From Myxococcota bacterium (GTDB lineage Bacteria > Myxococcota_A > Polyangia > Polyangiales > Houyiibacteriaceae), in NCBI GenBank assembly GCA_039030515.1, contig JBCCEA010000011.1:1-64000 (forward strand): a stretch of DNA of 64,000 nucleotides, written 5' to 3'. The translations under genes and the position numbers were made by a program. Every line of letters begins with the position of its first letter. Positions within the stretch are counted from its first letter, which is position 1. Positions 48,201 through 57,781 of the stretch are shown piece by piece. The notes below the pieces were generated by a model. The model saw only the letters and a program-made list of their open reading frames with translations. It was not told the DNA's origin and searched no databases.

Positions 48201-49791
48201 CGTGAGCCTTGGCAGAGATGACGTACAGGCGCAGTTTACCTCGGCCATCGAGCCGCAAGAGTCCCTGACGCTTACCGCCACCACTCGTGCTCGCACTTCG
48301 GAGGTATGGAAGCTTTGGTGCACCCCGATATGGCGCTGCGAGATTTCTGGTCTCGATCCCGTCGCGCATCTTCAGTCTATGAAATGGAGACCGGTGTTTC
48401 GTCCCTGGCCGTCGGAGTCGCTTTCGCTCCGCTTTGAAAAACCTGCCGCGGCGGATGGTAGCTCGGTGACCGTGGACCAGGCGAACCTGCTTTTGCGGCC
48501 GGGCGTTCGCATGCTTCAGGCGGAACTCCGGCTTTCGATTCGAACATCGAGCGGTGCCGCCGAAACGTGGACCCTTCCTGATGACGCTGAAATACAAAGT
48601 CTCTCGGTGGCTGGTCAGGAACGCCCCGTGCACTTGGAACAAGCTCAGCAGCAGGAGCGTGCGCTGCGGGTTACCCTAGCGCCTGGACTTCAGGAAGTTG
48701 TGGTTCGGTGGCAGCAGCCCCTCGGAATCAACCTCGCGTTCCGAGCACCTCAAGTTCGGCTTGGAAATCCGATCGCTAACGCCAAGGTTACTGTCTCGGT
48801 GCCTAGCGACAGATGGTTGCTGTTCGCGGTTGGACCGGCATGGGGAGTTGCGGTCCTATTCTGGCCCTATCTTCTCCTCATGCTTTTTGTCGGTTTGGTG
48901 TTGGCCCGAACCGGGTACGGACCGCTGCGCCTCGTCGACTGGTGGCTGCTCGGTCTTGGGCTGACCCAAATCGATTCGTTTGGAGCCCTCATCGTAGTTG
49001 GATGGTTTTTGGCGTTTGAGCATCGCAAACGAGTCGATCTATCGCCGGGACCCTTCGACCTTCGGCAGCTCTTCCTGGTCGGCTACACTGTTCTCGCGTT
49101 GCTCTGCCTTTATTCCGCCGTTCATGCAGGTCTGCTGATGAACCCTGAAATGCAGGTGCACACCCTGGACGGCAATCTCGCACGCCCTTTTTTCGAGCGT
49201 GCTGATCGCGCTTCAACCCCCCTGACCTGGTACGTCGACCGAACTGCCGGCGCGCTGCCAGCACCGATCGTCTATTCGGTTCCGGTGTGGGTCTACCATC
49301 TCCTGATGTTGTCCTGGGCGCTTTGGCTAGCCTACAGACTCGTTTCTTGGGCCCGATGGGGGTTTGCCAGCTTTGGTCACGGTGGCTTTTGGAAAACCAC
49401 AGTCAACTCTCTTTCAAAGTCGCCAAACGGTGGTCCGAGAGGTCCGGGTAGCGGACCGCAGGGTTTGGGTCCACAAGGTGCAGGCTCGACAGGCGTACCT
49501 GCCGAAGGAGATCTGACCTCTCAGGAGTCCTCGGAAGCGTCTACCAAGCTAACGGAACATGTACTTTCCAAGTCCGGTGTCCTGATGACGCCTCGGGTTG
49601 GATGGATTCACCATCCGGAGGAGCATGCGCAGGGTCGAGAGGATTCGACCACTCACAGCCACGCTCAGCAGCGCATCGATTCAGCGAATCACGACGTGCA
49701 CGAAGGTCAGCAGACGCCGAAAAAGGAGGTCGAAGAGGTCGTCAGGGAGTCGTCCGACGATACGCCTCTCGGCAGTCGCGATGATGGGTAG
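45241..49791 (+). CDS. Very large hypothetical membrane protein with internal duplication
   Basis: ~1516 aa ORF; signal-peptide-like N-terminus (TVTLA-QP); two beta-rich regions, each followed by a block of TM helices. Confidence 0.85.
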   Translation: MKQGVLCFALMSCGFSTVTLAQPVARLEVPEALQPWVSWALDSEDDYGCTWVGSERQCVWPGELQLRFLATEGAFTLRVTAERNGVLVRLPGSQSYFPPEVRLNGVPFPIWEQQGWPVMQLPRGSHRIDGVFRFSSLPELFPVPPEIPIVSLDVLDARIVAPRRNDEGLVWLRSREVAGTSEGRLDLEVYRLLSDGVPFSVTTHIAIRAAGDTREVHLGKVVPPGMVATEVQSTLAVRFAESGALVAQVHAGSHEIKVRAVMGTPPPKLAAELQASPWPAQELWAFQAMEPMRQVEISGAPSMDPGRSNMPARWRSHPAYMVRAGSSLTMTTIRRGEPEPPPNQLRLDREFWLDLDGQGYTVRDRLRGTMRRGWRLSLSSGRLGHASFHGKDQLITDLNGESGVEIRRGDVRGTAEWRLEGHRSILPAVGWSEDVQELKTTVHVPPGWLLLGVAGADRVDGTWLHRWDLWGLLFVLLVSLIVSRMRGTLWGIVCFLALTLSYHEPLAPRFLWLFVMTAIALFQALAERAPGRFFEKGVAALYWFLVVALWLVFVPFAVQQLRIGLFPFTEEHDRNAHSEMVDVGAVAAGGQGAVGALGAPMVAEERVDAALEDAAEPPAPRASKGARDGYLQRSRASRLSRLLPSDSTEKNRGWIDPNAVIQTGPGVPTWRFRSFEISWAGPVDREHSFRLFLVPPAGFRLIAFLRVFLLALLLYLVVVCRPRPRTPSAPGRGVTDGASGSVVPSAVVLLTAFFLLAPAPIEAQRDTLSTWPSESLLDELRTRLLRPPPCAPHCAIASDLSIEVGDKRIEFTAHIQVPADSAYRLPGPSSQFVPDSVSVDGKKTSALSVFDEGAIYLRLPAGVHQVVFGGPIRTQDTMNLTFGHPPRNIRVQAPSWEVEGVRADGTVAESIQLRRRLQAVEEGHRDAVRLPPWVVVERQLEIGVLWTVRTTVRRITPVGDSVMVRVPLLEGESATDSSVVLDGKEAIVSLGRDDVQAQFTSAIEPQESLTLTATTRARTSEVWKLWCTPIWRCEISGLDPVAHLQSMKWRPVFRPWPSESLSLRFEKPAAADGSSVTVDQANLLLRPGVRMLQAELRLSIRTSSGAAETWTLPDDAEIQSLSVAGQERPVHLEQAQQQERALRVTLAPGLQEVVVRWQQPLGINLAFRAPQVRLGNPIANAKVTVSVPSDRWLLFAVGPAWGVAVLFWPYLLLMLFVGLVLARTGYGPLRLVDWWLLGLGLTQIDSFGALIVVGWFLAFEHRKRVDLSPGPFDLRQLFLVGYTVLALLCLYSAVHAGLLMNPEMQVHTLDGNLARPFFERADRASTPLTWYVDRTAGALPAPIVYSVPVWVYHLLMLSWALWLAYRLVSWARWGFASFGHGGFWKTTVNSLSKSPNGGPRGPGSGPQGLGPQGAGSTGVPAEGDLTSQESSEASTKLTEHVLSKSGVLMTPRVGWIHHPEEHAQGREDSTTHSHAQQRIDSANHDVHEGQQTPKKEVEEVVRESSDDTPLGSRDDG

Positions 49792-49860
49792 GAACGTCAC
49801 GAGGGCGATTTCGCTGACCTGCCGAGCGAAGTGAGCACCTCCTGCTAGGCTGCGCGGCCT

Positions 49861-51555
49861 ATGTCACATGGACCCAACCGATTCAGTGCGCGAATTACCC
49901 AGCGAAAGTCTCAGGGAGCATCTCAGGCCATGCTCCTCGCGACCGGGCTGCGTAAGGAAGATCTCAGCAAAGCTCAGGTGGGAGTCTGCAGCGTTTGGTG
50001 GGAAGGCAATCCTTGCAATATGCATTTGGGGGCCCTGGGTGAGGCGGTGAAGTCGGGAGTCCAGAGCGCCGAACTCGTTGCATTCCGTTTTCACACGGTT
50101 GGAGTCTCGGACGGTATCAGCATGGGTACTGAAGGCATGTCCTACTCGCTGCCTAGTCGAGACCTAATCGCGGATTCCGTGGAAACCGTTGTGGGTGCGC
50201 AGCACTACGACGGTCTGGTAGCGGTTGCCGGGTGTGACAAGAATATGCCGGGCGTCCTGATGGCGATGGCGCGTTTGAACCGTCCGGCGCTCATGGTGTA
50301 CGGCGGAACGATTCAGCCTGGTGAGCGAATAGACGCCGAGGGTCAGAAACATCGGCTCGATGTGGTTTCTGCATTCCAAAGCTACGGTGCATACTTGGTC
50401 GGAGCTATCGACGAAGAAACGCGTGCAGATATCGTCGCGAAGGCGTGTCCGGGAGCGGGTTCATGTGGTGGCATGTATACTGCAAATACGATGGCAAGCG
50501 CGATCGAGGCGATGGGCATGAGCCTGCCGTATTCTTCTTCCACACCAGCGGAGCACCCAAAAAAGCATGCGGAGTGCAGAGAGGCTGGCGCTTTGATGCG
50601 TGCGCTTCTCGAACGGGATCTGAAGCCGCGAGATATTATGACGCGTCCCGCGTTTGAGAACGCCCTGGTGACGGTGGTGGCCCTTGGGGGCTCAACGAAT
50701 GCCGTGCTTCATCTCCTAGCGATGGCCCGCGAGGCGAAGGTTCCTCTCTCGCTTGATGACGTGCAGGCGGTAAGCGATCGGGTGCCGCTTCTCGGTGATT
50801 TGAAGCCGAGTGGTCGCTACCTCATGGCGGACCTTCATCGCGTCGGCGGCGTTCCGGCCGTCTTGCGGTACCTCCTGAGTCGAGGTGCTTTGGACGGTTC
50901 GTGCCTCACCGTGACCGGAAAGACGCTAGCCGAGAACCTGGCAGACGTTCCGGAACTCACCAAAGGGCAGGATGTCGTGCGACCGTGGGAGCAACCGATC
51001 AAGCCGACAGGTCATTTGACTGTGCTGCGCGGCACGCTCGCTCCAGAGGGTGCAGTTGCCAAGATTACGGGTAAAGAAGGCCTTCACTTTACCGGCCCCG
51101 CTCGAGTGTACGACAGCGAAGAGGATATGTTGGCCGCCGTTGAGGCCGGGAACATATGCAAGGGCGATATCGTGGTGATCCGTTACGAAGGGCCAAAGGG
51201 AGGGCCTGGAATGCCGGAGATGCTCTCCCCTACCTCTGTTCTCATGGGTGCGGGCCTCGGCAAGGAGGTCGCTCTGGTGACCGACGGGCGGTTCAGCGGC
51301 GGAAGTCACGGTTTCATCATTGGACATGTGTGCCCAGAGGCTTTTGAAGGGGGGCCGATCGCCCTCGTCGAAGACGGTGATCGAATCACCATCGATGCGC
51401 GTTCTCGTTCCATCCAGCTGGAAGTTGATGAATCGACACTGCAGTCTCGTCGAGAGGCCTGGTCTGCGCCTCCAGTCTCGGTACGCCACGGCTTGCTTCG
51501 AAAGTACGTACGCTTGGTGCGTCCTGCATCGGAGGGCTGCGTCACGGAGGGCTAG
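49861..51555 (+). CDS. ilvD: Dihydroxy-acid dehydratase
   Basis: [61 protein letters not shown]. Confidence 0.98.
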   Translation: MSHGPNRFSARITQRKSQGASQAMLLATGLRKEDLSKAQVGVCSVWWEGNPCNMHLGALGEAVKSGVQSAELVAFRFHTVGVSDGISMGTEGMSYSLPSRDLIADSVETVVGAQHYDGLVAVAGCDKNMPGVLMAMARLNRPALMVYGGTIQPGERIDAEGQKHRLDVVSAFQSYGAYLVGAIDEETRADIVAKACPGAGSCGGMYTANTMASAIEAMGMSLPYSSSTPAEHPKKHAECREAGALMRALLERDLKPRDIMTRPAFENALVTVVALGGSTNAVLHLLAMAREAKVPLSLDDVQAVSDRVPLLGDLKPSGRYLMADLHRVGGVPAVLRYLLSRGALDGSCLTVTGKTLAENLADVPELTKGQDVVRPWEQPIKPTGHLTVLRGTLAPEGAVAKITGKEGLHFTGPARVYDSEEDMLAAVEAGNICKGDIVVIRYEGPKGGPGMPEMLSPTSVLMGAGLGKEVALVTDGRFSGGSHGFIIGHVCPEAFEGGPIALVEDGDRITIDARSRSIQLEVDESTLQSRREAWSAPPVSVRHGLLRKYVRLVRPASEGCVTEG

Positions 51556-53966
51556 CGGTCCTCCACTGGCTCCTTCTCAAGAGAATCGATAATCTCTTGC
51601 ATTTTTGCTGCGGAAACATGAGATGGCAGGAGCTCTACTCCGTGTTCTTCCCATGTTCCTCGGGTTTCCGATTCATTTGGCTCGCTCAAGCCAAAGATCA
51701 AGAGTCCGGAGCAACAGTGCTTGAGCTTTTGGGCCAATTCGAATCCGCTCATGTCGACGAGCTCTGCCCGTACTAGCGCCAAACGAAAGCCACCCGTGCG
51801 TGCTAAATCCAGGGCCTCAGCTCCCGAACTTGCCTTCGACAGCCATATCGGCAACTCAGCGACGCTCGACTCTAGCTCTTGCAAGGCCTGTAGATTCGAA
51901 TCAGCGAGCAGGACGCGAGTTTTGCGGCGGGCTAAATTTTGCGCATTCGGAAGCACTACTGTGATGGTCGTGCCTTGTTCAGGAACCGAGTCAAGGTCGA
52001 GTGTCCCATCATGAAGCTCTACAAGATCCTTGCATAGAATCAGTCCCAGGCCGCTGCCGCTTTCACCTGCTGTGCCTCGGGTGTGTCTTCGTTCCCCGTG
52101 ATTAAAGAGTTCGGCCTGTCTGTCCCGAGAGATTCCCACTCCTCTGTCTTGCACTTGAAGTGTCAGGTCCGGACTGTTGGCAAACGCGCGAATGGTGACG
52201 GTCTGATTCGGGTGGGAGAACTTAATCCCGTTTAGCACCAAGTTGTGGACGACCGAACGCATCATATGCTCGTCCAAATGTGCCTCGAGCTCTGAGTCGC
52301 ATTCGATTTCGAGCTCTACTGGCTTACTTGCGGCAAATTCCGCGACCGTGCGAGTCGCCGCCTCCAACAGCTCTGCGACTGCGACCTGGCGGCGGGTCAC
52401 GGTCAATCGACCGGATTGAGCCGATGCCCAGAGCAAGAGCTGCTCTAAATACTCGAGATTGCGTCGCGCTGCATTGTGGATCCGCTCGCTTAGTTTTTTG
52501 ATAGATGTTGCGTCCAAGCTCTCAAAATCGCCCTGAAGGATCGAGGAGAGTCCTAAAATCGAAGTGTAGGGTGCTCTCAGATCGTGCGAAATAATCGAGA
52601 AAAAGCGATCTTTACGCTCGATTTTTATCTGCAAAGACCGAGTCAGCTCGGCGAGGCGATCGAGTGCTTCTTTTTGACGCGTTAGATCGACCTGAATCGA
52701 CACAAATTGCTGCACCCGATTTTCGGCAGTAAAGACCGGCTGAATGTCTGTACGGAGCCAGATGGGTCGACCGGCCTTGGTGTAGTTGAGAATTTCCTGA
52801 CTCACCGCGGAGCCAGAACGCACCGCCTGCTTCAGCGCTTCGGTGGCGTCAGGGTCGGTGAGCTCGCCGGGCAGAAAGCCTAAGGGATCCTTGCCGAGTA
52901 CGTCTTGTAGGGTGTAGCCCGTAATGCGGGTAAAGCTTGAGTTGGCCCATTGGATGCGCCCATGGTCATCGGTGATCATCACCGCGTTTTCTGTGCGTTC
53001 CGCCACGTGAGCGAGCAATTGTGAGAAGCGATTCGCTTGCTCGGTCGCAGTGATGTCCATCATCACACCCATCACTCGATGGACCACACCTCGAGCGTTG
53101 GTGACCGGTTGCAGGAGCGTTCGTACGTAGACCTCCGTCCCGTCCCGGTGAGAGACAACTTGACGCAACTCCTGAGACGCTGTCCCGTTGAGCGTTTCGG
53201 TGATGGCGTGCCGCATGTCTTCGGCATCTGACCGTGAAAGCACGGAGAGCAAGTTCTCGAAGGTGGGGTCCGAACTGTCTACGGCGAGGTCGTACATACG
53301 CAGGGCCTCTTTCGACCAGTTGACTGCCTTGGATTCTACGTCGTAGGACCAGGAAGCGATGCGGGCGCTTCGCTCTGCAAATCGACTCCGCTCCTTCGCG
53401 GCCAGGGTGATCTGAGAGGAAACGACATAGTCCGTGACATCGAATGCCGTGATCAGCATTCCGGTTTTGGTGCGGGCATTCCCTTGACGAAGGGACATCG
53501 GCTTGCCGCTAAGCCGCAACCAACGCTTGCTGTCGCGATCCGGGTTGATGAAAGCGACTTCAGGAATAGTAAATGAAACCTGCTTTCGGATCGCCTCGGT
53601 GATCTCGTTCAGGCCATGGTCCAGTTCCCGATTGGATTCATCTACCAGTCTACAAATCTCAAGGAACGGAGTACCGATGGAATCCTCGCGAAGCTTAAGC
53701 AGCTCTTTCGCCGACGCATTGGCGTCGCGGAGCTTACAGGAAGCGTCGATCACAAGAACAGCGATCTCCGAGTCGAGCAGCGCATCGAGCAGAAAGGAAG
53801 ACGTGTTCGCGGTTGTATCGGACCACGCCTGCGGCCCAAGCCGTTCGGAGAGGCGGTTGGCTTTCTCGGGACCCGCCGTCATCGGATTCGCACTTTGTCG
53901 GACATGTTTCGAGCCGGGAACTTTCGTTCCCCTCCGATGTTCGGTCATTTTCATCGATACGTGCAA
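51552..53966 (-). CDS. Multi-PAS hybrid histidine kinase with pseudo-receiver domain
   Basis: Three PAS-like domains, H-box [29 protein letters not shown]-terminal REC-like domain; start uncertain. Confidence 0.88.
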   Translation of the reverse strand: MHVSMKMTEHRRGTKVPGSKHVRQSANPMTAGPEKANRLSERLGPQAWSDTTANTSSFLLDALLDSEIAVLVIDASCKLRDANASAKELLKLREDSIGTPFLEICRLVDESNRELDHGLNEITEAIRKQVSFTIPEVAFINPDRDSKRWLRLSGKPMSLRQGNARTKTGMLITAFDVTDYVVSSQITLAAKERSRFAERSARIASWSYDVESKAVNWSKEALRMYDLAVDSSDPTFENLLSVLSRSDAEDMRHAITETLNGTASQELRQVVSHRDGTEVYVRTLLQPVTNARGVVHRVMGVMMDITATEQANRFSQLLAHVAERTENAVMITDDHGRIQWANSSFTRITGYTLQDVLGKDPLGFLPGELTDPDATEALKQAVRSGSAVSQEILNYTKAGRPIWLRTDIQPVFTAENRVQQFVSIQVDLTRQKEALDRLAELTRSLQIKIERKDRFFSIISHDLRAPYTSILGLSSILQGDFESLDATSIKKLSERIHNAARRNLEYLEQLLLWASAQSGRLTVTRRQVAVAELLEAATRTVAEFAASKPVELEIECDSELEAHLDEHMMRSVVHNLVLNGIKFSHPNQTVTIRAFANSPDLTLQVQDRGVGISRDRQAELFNHGERRHTRGTAGESGSGLGLILCKDLVELHDGTLDLDSVPEQGTTITVVLPNAQNLARRKTRVLLADSNLQALQELESSVAELPIWLSKASSGAEALDLARTGGFRLALVRAELVDMSGFELAQKLKHCCSGLLIFGLSEPNESETRGTWEEHGVELLPSHVSAAKMQEIIDSLEKEPVEDR

Positions 53967-54033
53967 GCGCTTTGCACCCTTGCTTTTATAGAAAACCGAG
54001 TGAGGTTTTCTTGCAACTGCCTGCGAGTCTTCT

Positions 54034-55083
54034 ATGCCTCCGTCGATGAGGTATGCCCCGGTTCTTGTCGTCGACGACCCTCGCTTCGAGGACCATGTCT
54101 CGCTGAAGCCACATCCGGAATGCCCAGAGCGACTCTCTGCGGCTAGAGACGGATTCTTCAGCGGTTTGGGCTCGATGCCTTACGAAAAACTCGAGCTTCG
54201 CTGTGCACCGAGCCACATGAGGGATAACAAGATGCTCAGCAGCGTCCACGAGCAAGGCTACCTCACCGAGCTCGACAGCGCGCTCGCACGCGGCGAAGGG
54301 ACGCTTGACGGAGATACGTTCTTCTCCCCGGGAACTCGAGAAGCGGCTTGGTCCGCAGCTTGGGGCTCGTACGCACTCGGTTTGAGACTCCAGGAATCGG
54401 AGTCCGATCTTGGAGTGGCGCTCGTTCGGCCGCCTGGGCATCACGCGCTCCCTGACCGCTCGATGGGATTCTGTCTATTCAACAATGCCGCAATGGCGGT
54501 GCGAGGGGCTCAGGATGGAGGCGCCCAAAAGGTCGCTGTTGTGGATTGGGACGTGCATCACGGCAATGGGACGCAGACGGTCTTTGAGCGTGATCCAAAT
54601 GTGCTCGTCCTCTCGATACATCAACGCGAGCTCTGGCCCTTCACCGGTGCCGCTTCTGAGGTCGGTCTCGGTGAAGGACGCGGGGCGACGATCAACCTCG
54701 CTTTGTCCCCGGGTAGTGATAGTGCGGACTATGCGGAGGCCTGGCGTTCGATCGTTTTGCCGAAGCTAGAAGCCTTCGGGGCATCCTGCCTCATCGTTTC
54801 TGCAGGATTCGATGCGCACCAAAGAGATCCACTAGGAGCGATGCAGCTCGATGCTCCCGCCTACGCATCGATGGCCGGAGCTTTGGTCGACGCGATGCGA
54901 ACGCAAAGAGGTTCCGTGTGTTTTCTACTCGAAGGAGGATACGATCTGCGCGCGCTCGAGGAGTCGATGTGCGCCCTGGGACGTACCCTCCACGGTGAGC
55001 GAATCGCCCTCGACGAAGGATTCCCACGAGAGTCGACACGACAATCCATTGTCGAGTTGGATCAGCAGCTTTCCCCCAGTTAG
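54034..55083 (+). CDS. Histone deacetylase superfamily (AcuC/AphA-like) amidohydrolase
   Basis: HPECPERL, RPPGHHA, MGFCLFNN, DWDVHHGNGTQ, SAGFDAH..DPLG, LEGGY. Confidence 0.95.
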   Translation: MPPSMRYAPVLVVDDPRFEDHVSLKPHPECPERLSAARDGFFSGLGSMPYEKLELRCAPSHMRDNKMLSSVHEQGYLTELDSALARGEGTLDGDTFFSPGTREAAWSAAWGSYALGLRLQESESDLGVALVRPPGHHALPDRSMGFCLFNNAAMAVRGAQDGGAQKVAVVDWDVHHGNGTQTVFERDPNVLVLSIHQRELWPFTGAASEVGLGEGRGATINLALSPGSDSADYAEAWRSIVLPKLEAFGASCLIVSAGFDAHQRDPLGAMQLDAPAYASMAGALVDAMRTQRGSVCFLLEGGYDLRALEESMCALGRTLHGERIALDEGFPRESTRQSIVELDQQLSPS

Positions 55084-55146
55084 TGGGACCCCAGATGGGA
55101 GGTGCTGGTACCCCTAAGATTTTGTCTGTATCGTGTGAAACCGCTC

Positions 55147-55887
55147 ATGGCTCAAACCACCATCGTCGTCCCTTGTTACAATGAAGCTGAGCGTTTGCTG
55201 CCGGCGGCGTTTCTCGATGCCTTGTCAAGGTTTCCTACCTTGCACCTCCGCTTCGTCAACGACGGCAGCACCGACCGCACCTCTGAAGTACTTCGTTCGC
55301 TCGCGACGGGCTGTGATGGACGCATTTCGATACAAGAACTGAACTGCAACTCGGGTAAAGCGGAGGCGGTCCGGCAAGGCATCGTCGCTTCCATCGACGA
55401 AGGTGCGGCCTACGTTGGATACTGGGATGCTGATCTTTCGACACCGCTTTCGGAGCTGACGGCCTTTATTGATATGCTTGAGTGCGCTCCAGATCTAGAG
55501 GTCGTTTTCGGCTCTCGAGTGCGACTCCTCGGGCGTGACGTGCAGCGAAGCACGCTTCGTCATCTGAGCGGGCGCGTGTTTGCAACCGCTGCCAGTTGGA
55601 CTCTGGGACTTGCGGTCTACGATACCCAATGTGGTGCCAAGCTATTTCGTGTTTCGCCTGGAGTTCGCACAGCCTTTGCCGAGCCCTTTTTGTCTCGCTG
55701 GATTTTCGATGTGGAGATTCTTGCCCGGCTTCGGTCGGTATGGGAACGCCGCGGCATTGAACCCGCATCGCGGGTCGTCGAGCTTCCACTTCAGACCTGG
55801 ATCCAGGTTGATGGTTCTAAGCTCCGGCCGCGTGATGTTGCAAAAGCCGCTATCGAACTCACGGCTATTGCGATTCGATACCCATAG
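55147..55887 (+). CDS. GT2 polyprenyl-phosphate glycosyltransferase (DPG synthase-like)
   Basis: VVPCYNEAERL, VNDGSTD, NSGKAEAVRQG, WDADLST, DTQCGAKLF, WIFDVEIL. Confidence 0.9.
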   Translation: MAQTTIVVPCYNEAERLLPAAFLDALSRFPTLHLRFVNDGSTDRTSEVLRSLATGCDGRISIQELNCNSGKAEAVRQGIVASIDEGAAYVGYWDADLSTPLSELTAFIDMLECAPDLEVVFGSRVRLLGRDVQRSTLRHLSGRVFATAASWTLGLAVYDTQCGAKLFRVSPGVRTAFAEPFLSRWIFDVEILARLRSVWERRGIEPASRVVELPLQTWIQVDGSKLRPRDVAKAAIELTAIAIRYP

Positions 55888-55952
55888 TTGAGAGACCGCT
55901 GCTCGATCGCTTGTGGGGTTTGGTGAACAAACCGAACTCCAAGGGAGCCTTG

Positions 55953-56978
55953 CTATTCTCCATCGACTGACGCCTCAGCCGCTTCGCTCCACCGGAGCTC
56001 CGCAACCGCACCTCCGGAACGATAAAATGTGTTGACGTCGAGTCGAATGACGCTGACCGCTTCGACGTTCACCTGATGCTGTACCCACTCCGGAGTCGTA
56101 GAAAACGGCAGCTCGCCTGAGAATTCTTCGCTCTTCGATTCAGACTGCACGGTGAGGCGGTATCCGCGTGCAGCGCGATCTGCATGAGGCGGATTGTGCC
56201 CGTTCAGAATGTCGATCTTGGTGATCTGTCGCGCAGGAGCGAAGCTGATCTCGACATGACCCGTCTTGAGATGGTCGAGAACCCACTCGGTGGACGGATC
56301 TCCATCGATCAGACGCTCGGGTGCGTACTGGGAGGCGCCAGCGAAATGACTGCTTGCAACGATCTCGATCTTGGGCGCCTGGTACTGGAGCGCGATTCCG
56401 ACGACCACGATCGAGAAAGCCAAAAGAACGAGCGAGGCTACGCGACGCCACGATTTTTGCTGCAGTTGTTTGGTAGTCGACGCTGGTTCGACAAGCTCAC
56501 GATCGATGCGGAGCCGGTTGTCTTCCAGGTAGCGGTAGAGCTGAGCGTGCTCGGCACCAAAGTCCTCCTCTAGCCTTGGCAGTTGATACGACGACCGCAC
56601 GCTTTCCATAGCCGCTTCAAGCGATTTGCCCTCCAGTTTCCAAGAACGCAGGAGCTCGAGTTGACTTTGCACGAGGCCTGGTTTTTTTTCGGCGTCGTAT
56701 TCCGCTTCGTCGCCGAATTCTTGGCGCGCCGGAGCTATGGAGTCGGTTTGCGAACGAAGCGCACTTATCGCGTCCAGGGTTGACTGAAACGCATCGCGCG
56801 CAAGCCGCAGAGCCTCTGCGCGATGACCACTAAACCAAAGCGTATGAGCGGCTTCCCCTTGCTGGCGTGCCAGCTTTAGACGAGCTCGCAGTGCGATTCG
56901 CTCGGCCTCAGGTCTCGAAGCCGCCCTCTCTTTTGCCGCGCGTAAAAGCAGCCACTCCATCGGTTTCGGTAGGTTCAT
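55953..56978 (-). CDS. Single-pass membrane protein with C-terminal discoidin/F5-8-like domain
   Basis: Helical N-region, one TM, then VASSHF...YAPERLIDGDPSTEW...AVAELRW; ATGA overlap with the methyltransferase stop. Confidence 0.75.
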   Translation of the reverse strand: MNLPKPMEWLLLRAAKERAASRPEAERIALRARLKLARQQGEAAHTLWFSGHRAEALRLARDAFQSTLDAISALRSQTDSIAPARQEFGDEAEYDAEKKPGLVQSQLELLRSWKLEGKSLEAAMESVRSSYQLPRLEEDFGAEHAQLYRYLEDNRLRIDRELVEPASTTKQLQQKSWRRVASLVLLAFSIVVVGIALQYQAPKIEIVASSHFAGASQYAPERLIDGDPSTEWVLDHLKTGHVEISFAPARQITKIDILNGHNPPHADRAARGYRLTVQSESKSEEFSGELPFSTTPEWVQHQVNVEAVSVIRLDVNTFYRSGGAVAELRWSEAAEASVDGE

Positions 56979-57775
56979 GGCGTGTTCTGACAGAGCGCCC
57001 AAACGCTGAGTCCAGGCAGATGAAGGTTCCGCTTTGCGGCCCAGTAGGACAACCGATTGTCGTAGTGCAGTGCCCGGTCTACGAAGCGGGTCGCCCAGCT
57101 CGGAGCGTTCCAGCGCAGCACGGGCTCTTCGATCGGTTCGTCATATGGGCGTGAGCGGTTCGGTATCTGATCGAAGACCTGTTCGACCATCTTTTCGATC
57201 GCGCGCACGGTGAGAAGTCCGTGAAACAGTCCACCTCCACTCAGGAGGGAGAATCCTGTGCGCTTCAGGAGTTCACGCAGTCCGGACGGCAGATACCGTC
57301 GAAAGTGCTTGAGCTGGTGGTCGTGGAGTGTGAACAGCTGTGGCCATGCGGGTACGCTGATCAGGAGCAGACCCTCCGGGCAGAGTCGCGACCGAAGCTG
57401 ATGGAGGAACGCATCATCGTCTTCGATGTGCTCTGCGACATCCAACGCTGTGATGAGGTCGAACTGATGCACAGGAAGGTCACGCACGAACTGCATCCAG
57501 GTCGGCGCCTGCTGTGAAAGTTCTGCAAGATGGCTATCGGAATAGTTGGCATCCCAGCAGAAGGCGGTCGTCTGCGTGCTGGGGGAGCCTTGGGGCGTTA
57601 GGTGCTGCCCTACGGTTTTGGTAAAAAAAGCATCCCCTGCTCCAGCGTCGAGCCAAAGCTTGGGGCGGCCGTGCACGGAAATCGCTTCTCGTATCACCCC
57701 TGCAAAGAAACGTGTCCGCGCTCGTTCCCAGGGATGACGTTCGCTGCCTTCTGGCGGTCGCTCGCGAAGATCCAC
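56975..57775 (-). CDS. Class I SAM-dependent methyltransferase
   Basis: RHPWERAR, WLDAGAGD, FDLITALDVAEHIEDD, SVPAWPQLF..HD..LKHFRRY. Confidence 0.9.
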   Translation of the reverse strand: MDLRERPPEGSERHPWERARTRFFAGVIREAISVHGRPKLWLDAGAGDAFFTKTVGQHLTPQGSPSTQTTAFCWDANYSDSHLAELSQQAPTWMQFVRDLPVHQFDLITALDVAEHIEDDDAFLHQLRSRLCPEGLLLISVPAWPQLFTLHDHQLKHFRRYLPSGLRELLKRTGFSLLSGGGLFHGLLTVRAIEKMVEQVFDQIPNRSRPYDEPIEEPVLRWNAPSWATRFVDRALHYDNRLSYWAAKRNLHLPGLSVWALCQNTP

Positions 57776-57781
57776 CTGCGA

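Noticed and set aside
52700..52990. Canonical LOV blue-light photoreceptor
   Set aside because: The GxNCRFLQ motif with the photoactive Cys is absent.
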